From positions 128,001 through 192,000 of the forward strand of contig JBEKFP010000003.1 of the NCBI GenBank assembly GCA_050013255.1: a stretch of DNA of 64,000 nucleotides. The letters are read 5' to 3'. Both the position numbers and the translations under genes were made by a program. Shown here piece by piece: positions 47,407 through 57,407 of the stretch; positions within the stretch are counted from its first letter, which is position 1; each line of letters starts with the position of its first letter. The notes beneath the pieces are model-generated. The model worked only from the letters and a program-made list of their open reading frames with translations, ran no database searches and was not told the DNA's origin. Origin of the DNA: Candidatus Bathyarchaeia archaeon. GTDB lineage: Archaea; Thermoproteota; Bathyarchaeia; 40CM-2-53-6.

Positions 47407-47501
47407 TATCTCCCAATCGTAGTGTATCTTCGACTAATAATGGGTACGTAGTCGATTTTTGTCAGAACCTTATGCGTCCCACATCGCACAGGATGAGCGC
47501 A

Positions 47502-48071
47502 TTACTCCTTCATCGTTGAGACTCTCTCTAGTGCAGCCGGTATCTCCTCCCACCGTTCTACCCTGAATACTCTCTGCATGTCCCCAGCGTTTCGGTTCCA
47601 GGGTTGTGAGTAAAGGATGCCGCACTTGTCTAGGCTGGAGGCAAGTAGAGACATTAGCTCAGCAGAATCGTCGATGAAAACGTCGTAGCCCAATCTTGCC
47701 TTTGCTTTGGTGCTCTCGGTTCGGACGAAGGCGTCATACGGGATTTTGTGTTCTTTCAGCCAATTCATTGCAGCCTGAACGGTAACTTGACTACGTCCCG
47801 TAACAACGTCGACCCGTCCGAATCTATGTATTCCCTTAACCGCCTCCACGATATGATCCTCCACAGCTGGAATGTTTTCCCATTCGAACCAGGCTTCATC
47901 GAGAGTTCGAAAGAACTCCTCCTTTGGAATGTGGGCTATTTGCCAGGCGTTCCATTGAACAAAGGAGTTCACTGTGAATTGGGTTGAGTGATGTTGGTTT
48001 AGGATTTTGCAGAAGGTTACCATGGTGTCCGCTAGGACGCCGTCCAAGTCGACCGCGATGCGCAAAACCAA
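47502..48071 (-). CDS. HAD 5'(3')-nucleotidase-like protein
   Basis: DLDGVLAD, TGR, FIDD, PWN. Confidence 0.85.
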   Translation of the reverse strand: MVLRIAVDLDGVLADTMVTFCKILNQHHSTQFTVNSFVQWNAWQIAHIPKEEFFRTLDEAWFEWENIPAVEDHIVEAVKGIHRFGRVDVVTGRSQVTVQAAMNWLKEHKIPYDAFVRTESTKAKARLGYDVFIDDSAELMSLLASSLDKCGILYSQPWNRNAGDMQRVFRVERWEEIPAALERVSTMKE

Positions 48072-48279
48072 ATTGGACTTGCCCCTTCCACAGAACCTGC
48101 GGGTTCAGCTTGTTTTTCGTTTTCTCATTCTGCGAATGGCGTAGACTATGAGGTATACTGTGGCTAGGGCGGTGGCGATCTGCAGAGACAGGAAAAGGGC
48201 GACCAGTATGAGAATCGAGGCTACGATTATGCTAAACTTAGCTTCAGATTGCGAACTCCAGCCCTCCCAGTTAGATTAC

Positions 48280-49686
48280 TCAAGGCATCGATTCCATTTT
48301 TATCATTTCTTCGTGGACCTTGAAAAGGTACCCTTCCGCCGTCAACCCTCGTTTTTTCGCGAGCTTGCGAATTGCATTCTCCACTCCCGTGCCGTGCTGA
48401 ATTGCCTTCTTTCGGCGCCATACCATATCCTCGGGCAAACCTTCCTCCTTGGCTACATTGCGAAGAACCCACTTCCTCGTAAGATCATTGCCAGCCTTAA
48501 CCTTGAACTGGGAAGGGATTGCTAGCGAAAACTCGATCACATCTAAATCGGCGAAGGCAGTGCGTAACTCAACACCAAACGGGGCTGTTGCTTGGTCGTC
48601 CCTCTCGTAGTTGACCTGAGCTGAGTCAAGAAGGCTGCGATACAGTTCTGTGACAAGGGCTCTGCGGCCTTTCCCATCCAACGTTCGAGCATACTTGTAA
48701 TAGCCGCCATAGAGTTCGTCGCTGCCTTGCCCGCAAAGCATAACTCTGCACCTTCTTTTTGCGGCGACCATCGCTGCCCAGTGAAGGGGCACAGCTACAC
48801 TGACCTTCATGAGGTTCGGTTCTTCGATGAGCCAGACCACGCGCTTCACATACTCTTCCAGCGAATCAAAGCCGAATGTTTCGATGGTGATAGGCAGATC
48901 GAGTTCCTGTGCGAATTGCTCTACGTTGGAAAGTTCCTGTGACCCGGGGAGGCCCACGCTCACAGCTTCCAAGTTGCAATTTGCCTTCTTAGCGAGAAGC
49001 GCAGTTAAGGCGCTATCCAGCCCGCCGGAAAAGGCAACAGAAACCTTGTCAACTCCACGTGTTATTCTCCGAATGGATTTTCTTAGCAAAACGGAAAGTC
49101 GTGCCGAAGCCTGGTTAATGGTCAGCTTCCTCGCCGCGGGGCTGGGAAGACGGGCGAGTCGAATCTCATTGAGCTTTCGTTCTGAAATTGAGTAAAGGCA
49201 TCCGGGTATGGCCCTTAGGGCATCTTTCAAACCAATCTTCCAGAGGGCTTTTCTCTCTGAAGCGAAAGCCGTGACGTTTCGGCTTCTCGCATAGTACAAT
49301 GGTTTTAGCCCATTCAGGTCTCGGAATGCGCACATTTTTTTCCGTTTTTGATATACGCAGGCGAACCCTCCTGGTTCCTTAAGAAGCGACCTTGCCGCCA
49401 TAATTAGCGACGGGCCTCTTGTTAGGCGTTCGTGGGCAAAACGAGCAACTCTTGGGGTCTCATAGAATGCCCCCTCCAATACCGTAGCAGTTCGGTCTGT
49501 TTCGTAGATTTGTGCTTCGGAAGCGTCTTGCGAGGCATATCCAACCAATAGATTGACGTTTCCGCGCTCCGTCATTTTAGCGATCCTTGAGTGAGTTCCC
49601 CTGTGGCTCAGAATGCGAAGCATGGCCTCAACAAGTGGTTCGGCACTTTCTGACCCAGTGGTGAACACGGCGGCAATTGCGCCCAA
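48280..49686 (-). CDS. asnB: Asparagine synthetase-like protein
   Basis: RD..G.KPLYY, FSGGLDS, GQGSDELYGGY; no N-terminal Cys. Confidence 0.8.
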   Translation of the reverse strand: MGAIAAVFTTGSESAEPLVEAMLRILSHRGTHSRIAKMTERGNVNLLVGYASQDASEAQIYETDRTATVLEGAFYETPRVARFAHERLTRGPSLIMAARSLLKEPGGFACVYQKRKKMCAFRDLNGLKPLYYARSRNVTAFASERKALWKIGLKDALRAIPGCLYSISERKLNEIRLARLPSPAARKLTINQASARLSVLLRKSIRRITRGVDKVSVAFSGGLDSALTALLAKKANCNLEAVSVGLPGSQELSNVEQFAQELDLPITIETFGFDSLEEYVKRVVWLIEEPNLMKVSVAVPLHWAAMVAAKRRCRVMLCGQGSDELYGGYYKYARTLDGKGRRALVTELYRSLLDSAQVNYERDDQATAPFGVELRTAFADLDVIEFSLAIPSQFKVKAGNDLTRKWVLRNVAKEEGLPEDMVWRRKKAIQHGTGVENAIRKLAKKRGLTAEGYLFKVHEEMIKMESMP

Positions 49687-49944
49687 AGCTTGTCGCGTCG
49701 GTGTGCTCTGCTGGTTTTATATTAAATGCGATGAGTATCGTCATGTGTTAGGTACAGACTGCACAAGAACGAACTACTCGGCCATCAAGTGTCCAAGCGC
49801 GGCGGGGTAATACGCGTGAGGGTTGGAGACAAACGAGTGTTCATCGGTGGCAAACCTGTAGCGGTCCTCACCGCCGAACTCCATGAATAACCACATTAAG
49901 AATGGGCACTTACTGAGGGTCCCAACCACGAGCGGGTTGTTGAA

Positions 49945-50892
49945 ATGAAACTAGTCGTAGTAGACCACGTTCACCTGAAAGACCGCCACATCCAACAGCT
50001 TCACCGGATGGGAGAGCTGCAGGTTTTCGGTGATCCGCCCAGCTCCGAAGAAGAATTGAAGAAGAGAATGCAGGGAGCGGACATCGTGATTGTAGGCTGG
50101 AGCAATATAACGAAAGAACTTCTCGAGTCTCTTCCGAACCTCAAGATGATCGCTATCTGGGCCACGACATGTCACTACGTTGACCTTCAAGTGGCCAAGC
50201 AACGGGGCATAGTTGTAACACATGTCCCGGGTTACGGCACCGAGGCAGTAGCCGAACACGCCTTTGTCTTACTGCTCGCGGCAATTAGAAAGCTACTGCT
50301 GGCCGATCGTCACGTCAGGGAAGGCAAGTTTGATTGGCGACCGCTGAGAGGAGCAGAACTGGCAGGTAAGACGATCGGGCTTATCGGCACTGGAGCTATC
50401 GGCCTTAGGGTCGGCGAAATAGCCAAAGGTTTTGGAATGAATATTCTAGGCTATGACATAATGCCAAACGCCAAAAGAGCCCAAGAAATCGGAATGAAAT
50501 ACGTTGACTTTCAAGCCTTGCTCAAGGAAAGCGATGTCATAAGCCTGCATGTCACACTAAGCAGCAAGTCGGAACACCTAATCGGAAAGAGAGAATTCGA
50601 AATGATGAAGAACGGTGCAATCTTGATCAACACTTCTCAAGGCAAGGTACTTGATGAGAAAGAGTTAGTCAACGCTCTCGTTTCAGGTAAACTGTCTTGT
50701 GCCGGCCTTGATGTTTTCTCCCAAGAACCACCGGCGCCTGATAATCCACTGTTCAAACTTGACAACGTAGTCCTAACGCCTCACGTCGGTTTTCACACAA
50801 CTGAGGCCGTGGAAAGGTGCAGTGACATATGCATTAACAACGTGGCAAAATTCTTGGAGGGACATCCGCAGAACACTTGCGCGTCCCCCTGA
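49945..50892 (+). CDS. D-2-hydroxyacid dehydrogenase family protein
   Basis: GTGAIG, DVF..EP, TPHVG. Confidence 0.9.
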   Translation: MKLVVVDHVHLKDRHIQQLHRMGELQVFGDPPSSEEELKKRMQGADIVIVGWSNITKELLESLPNLKMIAIWATTCHYVDLQVAKQRGIVVTHVPGYGTEAVAEHAFVLLLAAIRKLLLADRHVREGKFDWRPLRGAELAGKTIGLIGTGAIGLRVGEIAKGFGMNILGYDIMPNAKRAQEIGMKYVDFQALLKESDVISLHVTLSSKSEHLIGKREFEMMKNGAILINTSQGKVLDEKELVNALVSGKLSCAGLDVFSQEPPAPDNPLFKLDNVVLTPHVGFHTTEAVERCSDICINNVAKFLEGHPQNTCASP

Positions 50893-51017
50893 AACGTCGA
50901 GTACAACATACTCTTCGTCTCGGTTGAGTTCTCGTGGTTAGCGTGTTTCTCGTGATAATATGTAGACCAAAGCGATAAATATGCTCATAAACGATAACAG
51001 TAGATGAGGCAAGACTA

Positions 51018-51851
51018 TTGTCTGAAAAAAAATCTCGTAGAGGATTCGTCAAAACTGTCGGCGTTGGCGTCGGTGGCTTAATTGTCGGCGCACTTGCAGG
51101 CACGGCCATCGCACCAATGATGACACCACCTCCACCCAAAGCAAAATTTGCCGACCCACCCCCATCAGGCTCCACGGTTATACACGGAATGGACGCCGCA
51201 TATCCGCCCTTCACTCAGATCGATCCTTCCGGCAACGCAGTAGGCTTCGATGTCGATGTAGTGAACATGATTGCCAAGAAATACGGCTGGCAGGTAGTTC
51301 ACAAACCCTGGGATTGGTCCACCATTATTACGGCTGTGCAATCAGGCGACCTTGACTTTGTAGCGTCAGGAATGACAGAGACTGCGGCAAGGTCTGAGAT
51401 TGCTTGGTTCGGTGTTCCCTACTACAGCTTCATTCACCAGCTAATCGCGCTTGCAACTGACACTAGAACAAGAGACCAAATCCTAAACTCAAATTCATTC
51501 ATCGCGTGCCAGACGGGCGCGACATCAGATGAATGGGCCACAAAACTCCTCGCCGCAGGCTATACCTTCCAGAAACTCGGGCTTGACTCGTACGAACTCG
51601 CCTTTGAAGCAGTTACAGACGGTAGAGCGGTCGCGGTCATCAGTGACAGCGCTTTCACAGGACCTTACTTCAAGACCCAACCAGACCAAGCAGCCAAGTT
51701 CCGTGTAGTTTCAACAATCGGTGGCGACGCGACGTACGGATACGCCACTAGGCCGGGAGACTTCGGACTCAGAAACCAAATCAATCAAGCATTAGAAGGC
51801 ATAATGGGAACCACCGACTGGCAGTCGCTAAGAGACAAGTGGAACGTCTAA
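51018..51851 (+). CDS. Polar amino acid ABC substrate-binding protein with Tat signal
   Basis: SRRGFVK; YPPF, GFDVD. Confidence 0.88.
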   Translation: MSEKKSRRGFVKTVGVGVGGLIVGALAGTAIAPMMTPPPPKAKFADPPPSGSTVIHGMDAAYPPFTQIDPSGNAVGFDVDVVNMIAKKYGWQVVHKPWDWSTIITAVQSGDLDFVASGMTETAARSEIAWFGVPYYSFIHQLIALATDTRTRDQILNSNSFIACQTGATSDEWATKLLAAGYTFQKLGLDSYELAFEAVTDGRAVAVISDSAFTGPYFKTQPDQAAKFRVVSTIGGDATYGYATRPGDFGLRNQINQALEGIMGTTDWQSLRDKWNV

Positions 51852-51930
51852 GCTGACAGAAGTTTGAACTTCCTCATTCCCCCATGAATGGGAGAAAGAC
51901 ACCGCAAACCATGTTTGGAGCCGTGATCTA

Positions 51931-52593
51931 ATGACGGCGTTTGCGGAATTTCTCCCCTACATTCTTTCTGGCATGGTTTGGACTCTTGGTTTGGTCGCAG
52001 GCGGTGTAGGAATCGGCTTCGTAATCGGCCTATTCATGGCGATAGGGCAAATTTATGGCGGCAACGAAGTCAAAGCAATCATACATGCATACGTCTGGTT
52101 TTTCAGAAGCATTCCGCTTCTAGTCCTTCTCTTTCTATTCTATTGGGGTGTTTTTCCTGCAACTGGCTTCAAGCTTGACCCTTTAGCCTGTAGTATTGTC
52201 GTTCTTGGACTACGCAGTGGCGCCTACCAATCTCAAATTTTCCTAGGGGCCATAATGTCTCTTGGAGACACTCAACTGCTCGCCGCGCGAGCGTTGGGCA
52301 TGAGCCAGATGAGAGGCATATTTCACGTTGTGTTGCCTCAAGCTCTTCGAATTTCAATGCCTGGCTGGTCCAACGAATATGCGACCATGATCAAAGATTC
52401 GTCCATTACATTCGCGTTGGGGGTACTTGAAATATTGACCAGGACCAGGTACGTGGTCAATGCGACACATGAGCCACTCATACCGTACTTTTTCGCGGGT
52501 GGGCTTTTCTTGGTTCTAACATACGCTGGCACAAAAGCCGTCAACATAGTCTACGAAAGAACAAAGATACCCGGCTTAGTCGGGAGGCTATGA
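51931..52593 (+). CDS. Amino acid ABC permease
   Basis: FRSIPLLV, AARALGM, LPQA, KDSS. Confidence 0.9.
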   Translation: MTAFAEFLPYILSGMVWTLGLVAGGVGIGFVIGLFMAIGQIYGGNEVKAIIHAYVWFFRSIPLLVLLFLFYWGVFPATGFKLDPLACSIVVLGLRSGAYQSQIFLGAIMSLGDTQLLAARALGMSQMRGIFHVVLPQALRISMPGWSNEYATMIKDSSITFALGVLEILTRTRYVVNATHEPLIPYFFAGGLFLVLTYAGTKAVNIVYERTKIPGLVGRL

Positions 52594-52594
52594 A

Positions 52595-53359
52595 ATGACT
52601 GAAACAAATGTAGTACTGAAGGTTGAGGGTCTGCAAAAAAGCTTCGCAGGTAACAAAATTCTGGACGGTGTGTCATTCGAAATTGATAGAGGACAGATTA
52701 AGGTCATATGTGGACCCAGCGGCTCCGGGAAGAGTACGCTTCTCAGATGTTTGAACCTCCTAACCATGCCGGACAAAGGAAGGGTCTGGCTCGAAGGACG
52801 AGAGATAACGAATGAGGAGAGTAATGCGAACAGCGTGAGGCAGAGAATTGGTTTTGTCTTTCAGGAATTCAATCTGTTCAACCATCTCACCGCGCTAAAG
52901 AACGTCAGCATCGCTTTAGAAATAGTGAAGAAAATGGGCAAGGATGAGGCGAAGGCTCTCGCATTGAAGGAGCTTGAAAAGGTCAACCTTGCGAATGATG
53001 CGCACAAGTATCCAGCCGAACTCTCAGGTGGGCAGAAGCAAAGGGTTGCGATAGCAAGAGCCCTAGCCATGAACCCTGTAATAATGTTCTACGATGAACC
53101 CACATCCGCCCTGGACCCTCACCTCATCGGAGAGGTCCTAGATGTCATGAAGAAACTCGCCCAAGAGAAACTGACTAGCATCGTCGTGACGCATGAGATA
53201 GGATTCGCTCGCACAGTCGCCGACGAAATCATGTTCATGGGCGAAGGAAGAATACTCGAACATGGGCCCCCCAGCCAGATCATCGAGAACCCCAAGCATG
53301 AAGCTGTCAAACAATTCTTCAGGCGCATCAACGAACTCTACAGGAGAGACGAGCAATAG
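52595..53359 (+). CDS. Amino acid ABC ATPase (GlnQ-like)
   Basis: GPSGSGKST, LSGGQKQR, DEPTSALDP. Confidence 0.93.
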   Translation: MTETNVVLKVEGLQKSFAGNKILDGVSFEIDRGQIKVICGPSGSGKSTLLRCLNLLTMPDKGRVWLEGREITNEESNANSVRQRIGFVFQEFNLFNHLTALKNVSIALEIVKKMGKDEAKALALKELEKVNLANDAHKYPAELSGGQKQRVAIARALAMNPVIMFYDEPTSALDPHLIGEVLDVMKKLAQEKLTSIVVTHEIGFARTVADEIMFMGEGRILEHGPPSQIIENPKHEAVKQFFRRINELYRRDEQ

Positions 53360-54015
53360 CACTCTGGGACACGTACATTCCACAGTTACTTGTTGGGGCA
53401 GTAGTGACAGTCGAACTGATCATTGTATCCGTCCCCATTGGGGTTGCTCTGGCGATCATTCTAGGGGTGGCCAGAGTCTACGGAAACAAAGCAGTTTCCC
53501 TCGTCGCAACGAGCGTCGTAGCTGTTTTCAGAGGATTTCCGGCGATAGTGACTCTATTCATCATCTTCTTCGCTCTTCCTGATGTCGGAGTTTACTTCTC
53601 TCCGTATTGGTCAGCTGTTTTAGGATTCGTGCTTGTAACCGGCGCATACCAGTCAGAGTATGTTAGGGGCTGTATACAGTCCGTGCAGGCAGGGCAGTCG
53701 CTCGCAGCTCAAGCGCTCGGAATGAGCAAACCTCAGGAAGTCTTCCACATTATTCTCCCGCAAGCCCTGAGGGCAGCGCTCCCGGGAATTTCGAACGAAA
53801 TAATTTATCTAATTCTATATTCCTCGTTAGCCTCTTACATAGGCGTCCAAGAGATCTTCGGGGTGGCGAGGACGTTCAATTCACTGAATTTCAGGCCAAT
53901 CGAAATCTTTCTCACGGCTGGACTCGTTTACGCGGCCATAGCCACTGTCTGCTTCCTAGGATTCAGGTTACTTGAAAGGAGATTTCGCATCCCCGGGTTG
54001 GGAGCAACACGCTGA
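53356..54015 (+). CDS. Amino acid ABC permease (probable ATA start; first canonical start at 53404)
   Basis: FRG.P, AAQALGM, LPQA; ATAG overlap with the upstream stop. Confidence 0.85.
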   Translation: MALWDTYIPQLLVGAVVTVELIIVSVPIGVALAIILGVARVYGNKAVSLVATSVVAVFRGFPAIVTLFIIFFALPDVGVYFSPYWSAVLGFVLVTGAYQSEYVRGCIQSVQAGQSLAAQALGMSKPQEVFHIILPQALRAALPGISNEIIYLILYSSLASYIGVQEIFGVARTFNSLNFRPIEIFLTAGLVYAAIATVCFLGFRLLERRFRIPGLGATR

Positions 54016-54028
54016 GGAGTGAAGCCGC

Positions 54029-55228
54029 CTGCATCTAACTCGTGAAGACGAACAGATTCTCAAAGGAGAGCACGGGGTTGGAAGGCAGGCGGCGATGGAA
54101 CTACTCGTAGCCATCGGAGAAGCCTTCGATGCACCAAGGATGATACCTGTCAACCGTGCTCATGCAGCCTCCAGCGGCCAAGAAGGCGACCTGTACTTTG
54201 TCGAGATTCTCGCCAAGGGCGGCGCCTCATGCAAGGTGACCACGACAACAAACCCGATCGCGGACTTCGACTATTTCCAGCAGATCATGAACATCGCCGA
54301 GGAACATGACGAAGCCTCGGTAGCATGGAAAACGAAGAACTACTACAAACAAATTGGCGCAGTCATGAGCCAATCTTGCATTCCATACCTTGCTGAGAAT
54401 ATTCCTGAATACGGAGAGCACGTAGCCTTCTCCGAATCCAGCGCAACCCCATACGTAAACTCGGTCATAGGTGGGCTGACGAATCGTGAGTCCATTCAAA
54501 CCGCCCTTGCGGCGGGAGTACTCGGCGAGACACCCGAATACGGAATGCACTTGAAAGAAAACCGAAAAGGAACAGTTCTAGTAAAAGTGGAAGCGAACCT
54601 GAACGATGGCTACAGCTACTCACTTCTAGGCCAATACGTCGGAAAGAAAATCGCATCTGGGATCCCCGTCTTCGTTGGCATCTCAAAGCGTCCCAGGATT
54701 GACCAGTACATCAACTTGTGCGCCATGTTGAACGTAACGGGTGCAATAGCGATGTTCCACATCCCTGGCGTAACGGTAGAGGCTAAAACCGAGGAAGAAG
54801 CTTTCGCGGGCGACAAGCCGAAGGACAGGATCGTAGTTACCAACCACGAGCTTGAGGAAACTGAGAAGGAACTTCAAACCGCAACTAGTCCCGTAAGCGT
54901 CGTCATACTTGGGTGTCCCCATTACAATCTAGATCAAATGGCAGAACTAGCAACCCTCGTGAAAGGAAAGAAGGTTCGTGACGGCATGACTTTCTGGGTA
55001 AACACGTCCGCAACGACGAAGCTCATGGCAGACCGGGCCGGTCACACCCAGACCATACAGGAGTCAGGAGCTCACCTCGTCGTAGACACATGCATCGACA
55101 TGTTCTGCTGGAATAACCTACGAGACAAGACCGGAATGACTGACTCTCCAAAGTGCGCATACTATAGAAGGTTCGGCCCCGTAAGGGTCGGCAAAATGGA
55201 AGAGTGCGTCGCCACTGCCATGGAATAA
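54029..55228 (+). CDS. Aconitase X catalytic subunit (DUF521), probable CTG start
   Basis: xHLTREDEQILKGEHG N-terminus; SCIPY, ESSA..Y.NSV.G, GCPH, DTC. Confidence 0.85.
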   Translation: MHLTREDEQILKGEHGVGRQAAMELLVAIGEAFDAPRMIPVNRAHAASSGQEGDLYFVEILAKGGASCKVTTTTNPIADFDYFQQIMNIAEEHDEASVAWKTKNYYKQIGAVMSQSCIPYLAENIPEYGEHVAFSESSATPYVNSVIGGLTNRESIQTALAAGVLGETPEYGMHLKENRKGTVLVKVEANLNDGYSYSLLGQYVGKKIASGIPVFVGISKRPRIDQYINLCAMLNVTGAIAMFHIPGVTVEAKTEEEAFAGDKPKDRIVVTNHELEETEKELQTATSPVSVVILGCPHYNLDQMAELATLVKGKKVRDGMTFWVNTSATTKLMADRAGHTQTIQESGAHLVVDTCIDMFCWNNLRDKTGMTDSPKCAYYRRFGPVRVGKMEECVATAME

Positions 55229-55233
55229 GGAGA

Positions 55234-55656
55234 GTGGCTAAGTTCACGGAAATGAGCGTGAAATGCCACAAGCTCGCCAAAGGGTACGGGGAAGGCGAAG
55301 CTTTGGTCTCCAAAGACCCAATCTGCTTCTACCTCGTAGAGCCAAAGACAGGCGTCGTTAAGGAGAAGGGACATCAACTCGAGGGCAAGTCGGTCGCGGG
55401 AAAAGTGCTCGTATTTCCGACGGGAAAAGCAAGTTCCGCAGTCCAAATGGACGGCCTAGTCAAGTTATTGATCAACAAGAACGCGCCAAAGGCCATGATA
55501 GTTACGGACGTGGAACCAGTTCTTTTGGGCAGTGCAGTTCTGACGAAAATCCCCCTCGTCGACAGGTTAGAAAGGAACCCATTCGAAGCCATCAGATCCG
55601 GAGATTTCGTGAAAGTTGACGCAGACAAGGGTTCAGTAACCGTAACAAGAAACTAA
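55234..55656 (+). CDS. Aconitase X swiveling subunit (DUF126)
   Basis: EGEALVS..PI, G.S..GKVLVFP.GK.S. Confidence 0.88.
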   Translation: MAKFTEMSVKCHKLAKGYGEGEALVSKDPICFYLVEPKTGVVKEKGHQLEGKSVAGKVLVFPTGKASSAVQMDGLVKLLINKNAPKAMIVTDVEPVLLGSAVLTKIPLVDRLERNPFEAIRSGDFVKVDADKGSVTVTRN

Positions 55657-55674
55657 CACCGAATTCCCAACACA

Positions 55675-56193
55675 CTACTGCCCCTTCACCAAACCCAACA
55701 TCCTGCCGTAAACGCCGAAATCTGCCTTCGAAAAACAGACAAAAACCACTTTCTCGACACTCGTTCCCTTCCCAATATATCTCTGAACGGTCCCGATGGC
55801 AATCTGAGCCGCCAGCTCGATTGGAAAATGGTATGCGCCAGTGATGATCGAAGGAAACGCTACGGTCTTCAAATCATTTCCTTCGGCCGGTTCAAGCGAA
55901 TTCTCGTAACATTTCTCTAGTAACTTGCCTTCGCCCTCACTTCCCCCATGCCATACCGGGCCGACGGTGTGAATAACATACTTAGCAGGAAGTCGATAAC
56001 CCATAGTGATTCGCGCTTCCCCAGTGGGGCAACCGTCGAGTTCGCTGCATTCCTCTAGCAACTCCGGCCCTGCGGCTCGATGGATAGCGTCATCAACACC
56101 CCCTCCACCTAGCAAAGTTGCGTTGGCCGCGTTCACTATCGCATCAACTTTCAGTTTTGTAATGTCACCAAGTGCGAGCTCAATCTTTCCCAA
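55675..56193 (-). CDS. Macro-domain O-acetyl-ADP-ribose deacetylase (YmdB-like)
   Basis: GDIT, VNAAN, GGGGVD, HTVGP. Confidence 0.9.
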   Translation of the reverse strand: MGKIELALGDITKLKVDAIVNAANATLLGGGGVDDAIHRAAGPELLEECSELDGCPTGEARITMGYRLPAKYVIHTVGPVWHGGSEGEGKLLEKCYENSLEPAEGNDLKTVAFPSIITGAYHFPIELAAQIAIGTVQRYIGKGTSVEKVVFVCFSKADFGVYGRMLGLVKGQ

Positions 56194-57088
56194 TTAACAC
56201 CCAGCCTTTCAATTGAAGAATTATGACTCCTGACACGATTAACGCTGTTCCCAGTAGTTGTATCTGGGTTACGGATTCTCCGACGAACAAGTAGGCGAGA
56301 ATTATCGCCGCTCCTGGTTCAATTGTTAATGTTATGCTGGATTTTCCAGCCTCGATGAATCGAAGCGAAAGCGTGTACAAACCGTAGCCTATCAAAGTGG
56401 GAACGGACGCTATCAAGATGATCATGACCATGACTTGCTGCGTTACATCGACCTTGGGACCATATTGAAGAAGATAGAATCCTCCCAGGGTCAATGCCCC
56501 GAAAAGAAAACTATAGAACAACACGGTCAAGGCACCGTAACTTACCTGTCCCTTCTTAGCTGCAAGTGTGAAGATAGTAGTACCAACACCTCCAAGCAAG
56601 CCGAAGATCAACCCTCGTATGTCCCATGTGATGCTTGAGGAGGATAGGCCAAAGGCGGTCACTAGTACACCTGTGAATGTGAGTACCAGCGCGGCTACTT
56701 TGCGGCTTGTAATGGGTTCATGAAATATGAAGAAGGCAGCAACAACGACCATCGCCGGGTATGAGTAGAGCAACGTTATGGTCGTAGCCACTGTTGTGAG
56801 TCTTAGAGCGTAAAAGTATCCTAGATAGTTCACGGCGACTCCAAAGATACCAAAGGCGACGAAGAATGGTATGTCCCGGCGCTTGATTTTGAAACGTCCC
56901 ACATTGGTCAGTGCAATTGCCACGCCGACAATTCCGGTCGCCACGAAGGCCCTTAGCGTTATGAGAGCTAATGGGTCGGCCCCAAACGAGTAAGCGATCT
57001 TTCCAAGGAAGCCGATCGTTGATAGGAGTATGGCAGCACAGGCCGCTAGCCCGTACCCAAGCCTGTTTCTTTCTACGACGGGCTTCAA
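56180..57088 (-). CDS. EamA/DMT transporter
   Basis: Ten TM segments in two EamA repeats. Confidence 0.85.
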   Translation of the reverse strand: MKPVVERNRLGYGLAACAAILLSTIGFLGKIAYSFGADPLALITLRAFVATGIVGVAIALTNVGRFKIKRRDIPFFVAFGIFGVAVNYLGYFYALRLTTVATTITLLYSYPAMVVVAAFFIFHEPITSRKVAALVLTFTGVLVTAFGLSSSSITWDIRGLIFGLLGGVGTTIFTLAAKKGQVSYGALTVLFYSFLFGALTLGGFYLLQYGPKVDVTQQVMVMIILIASVPTLIGYGLYTLSLRFIEAGKSSITLTIEPGAAIILAYLFVGESVTQIQLLGTALIVSGVIILQLKGWVLIGKD

Positions 57089-57354
57089 AAGCGTTCAGAT
57101 TCCGATTGGCGTTTAGACAAGCGGTCTTCTAAGAACTTTGACAAGTTAGACATATGGAAACATGAAGAAAAGATGCGCTGCCTATCGGTAGGCTCCGTCA
57201 CCTCCTTCGTTTCCTTCTCCACATTATCGCATTGGGGGCAGTGCCATTCCCGAATGTAGGCTAACGCGACGCCAGTCTCCCTTTGTGGCCGGACCGCGCC
57301 CTTCCCCGTCCTGCCAAGAAGCTCGGAGCCCCCTGAGCTCAAACACAGACTCAA
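57085..57354 (-). CDS. Small putative zinc-binding protein (start uncertain)
   Basis: WHCPQC...CFH; its stop overlaps the eamA start. Confidence 0.4.
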   Translation of the reverse strand: MSLCLSSGGSELLGRTGKGAVRPQRETGVALAYIREWHCPQCDNVEKETKEVTEPTDRQRIFSSCFHMSNLSKFLEDRLSKRQSESERF

Positions 57355-57407
57355 ATCCCCGACGTTTTATATTACGTGCGAATGTTAGGTGGGCTTTGGC
57401 GTTGGAC

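Noticed and set aside
48105-48260. Small hydrophobic minus-strand frame (IIVASILILVALF...RKRKTS)
   Set aside because: No ATG/GTG/TTG start ahead of the hydrophobic stretch and no family evidence; it may be real but is unsupported.
55675-56193. Macro domain as a pseudogene (GVDDAIH, PSIITG substitutions)
   Set aside because: The frame is intact and most motifs are retained; substitutions alone are insufficient.
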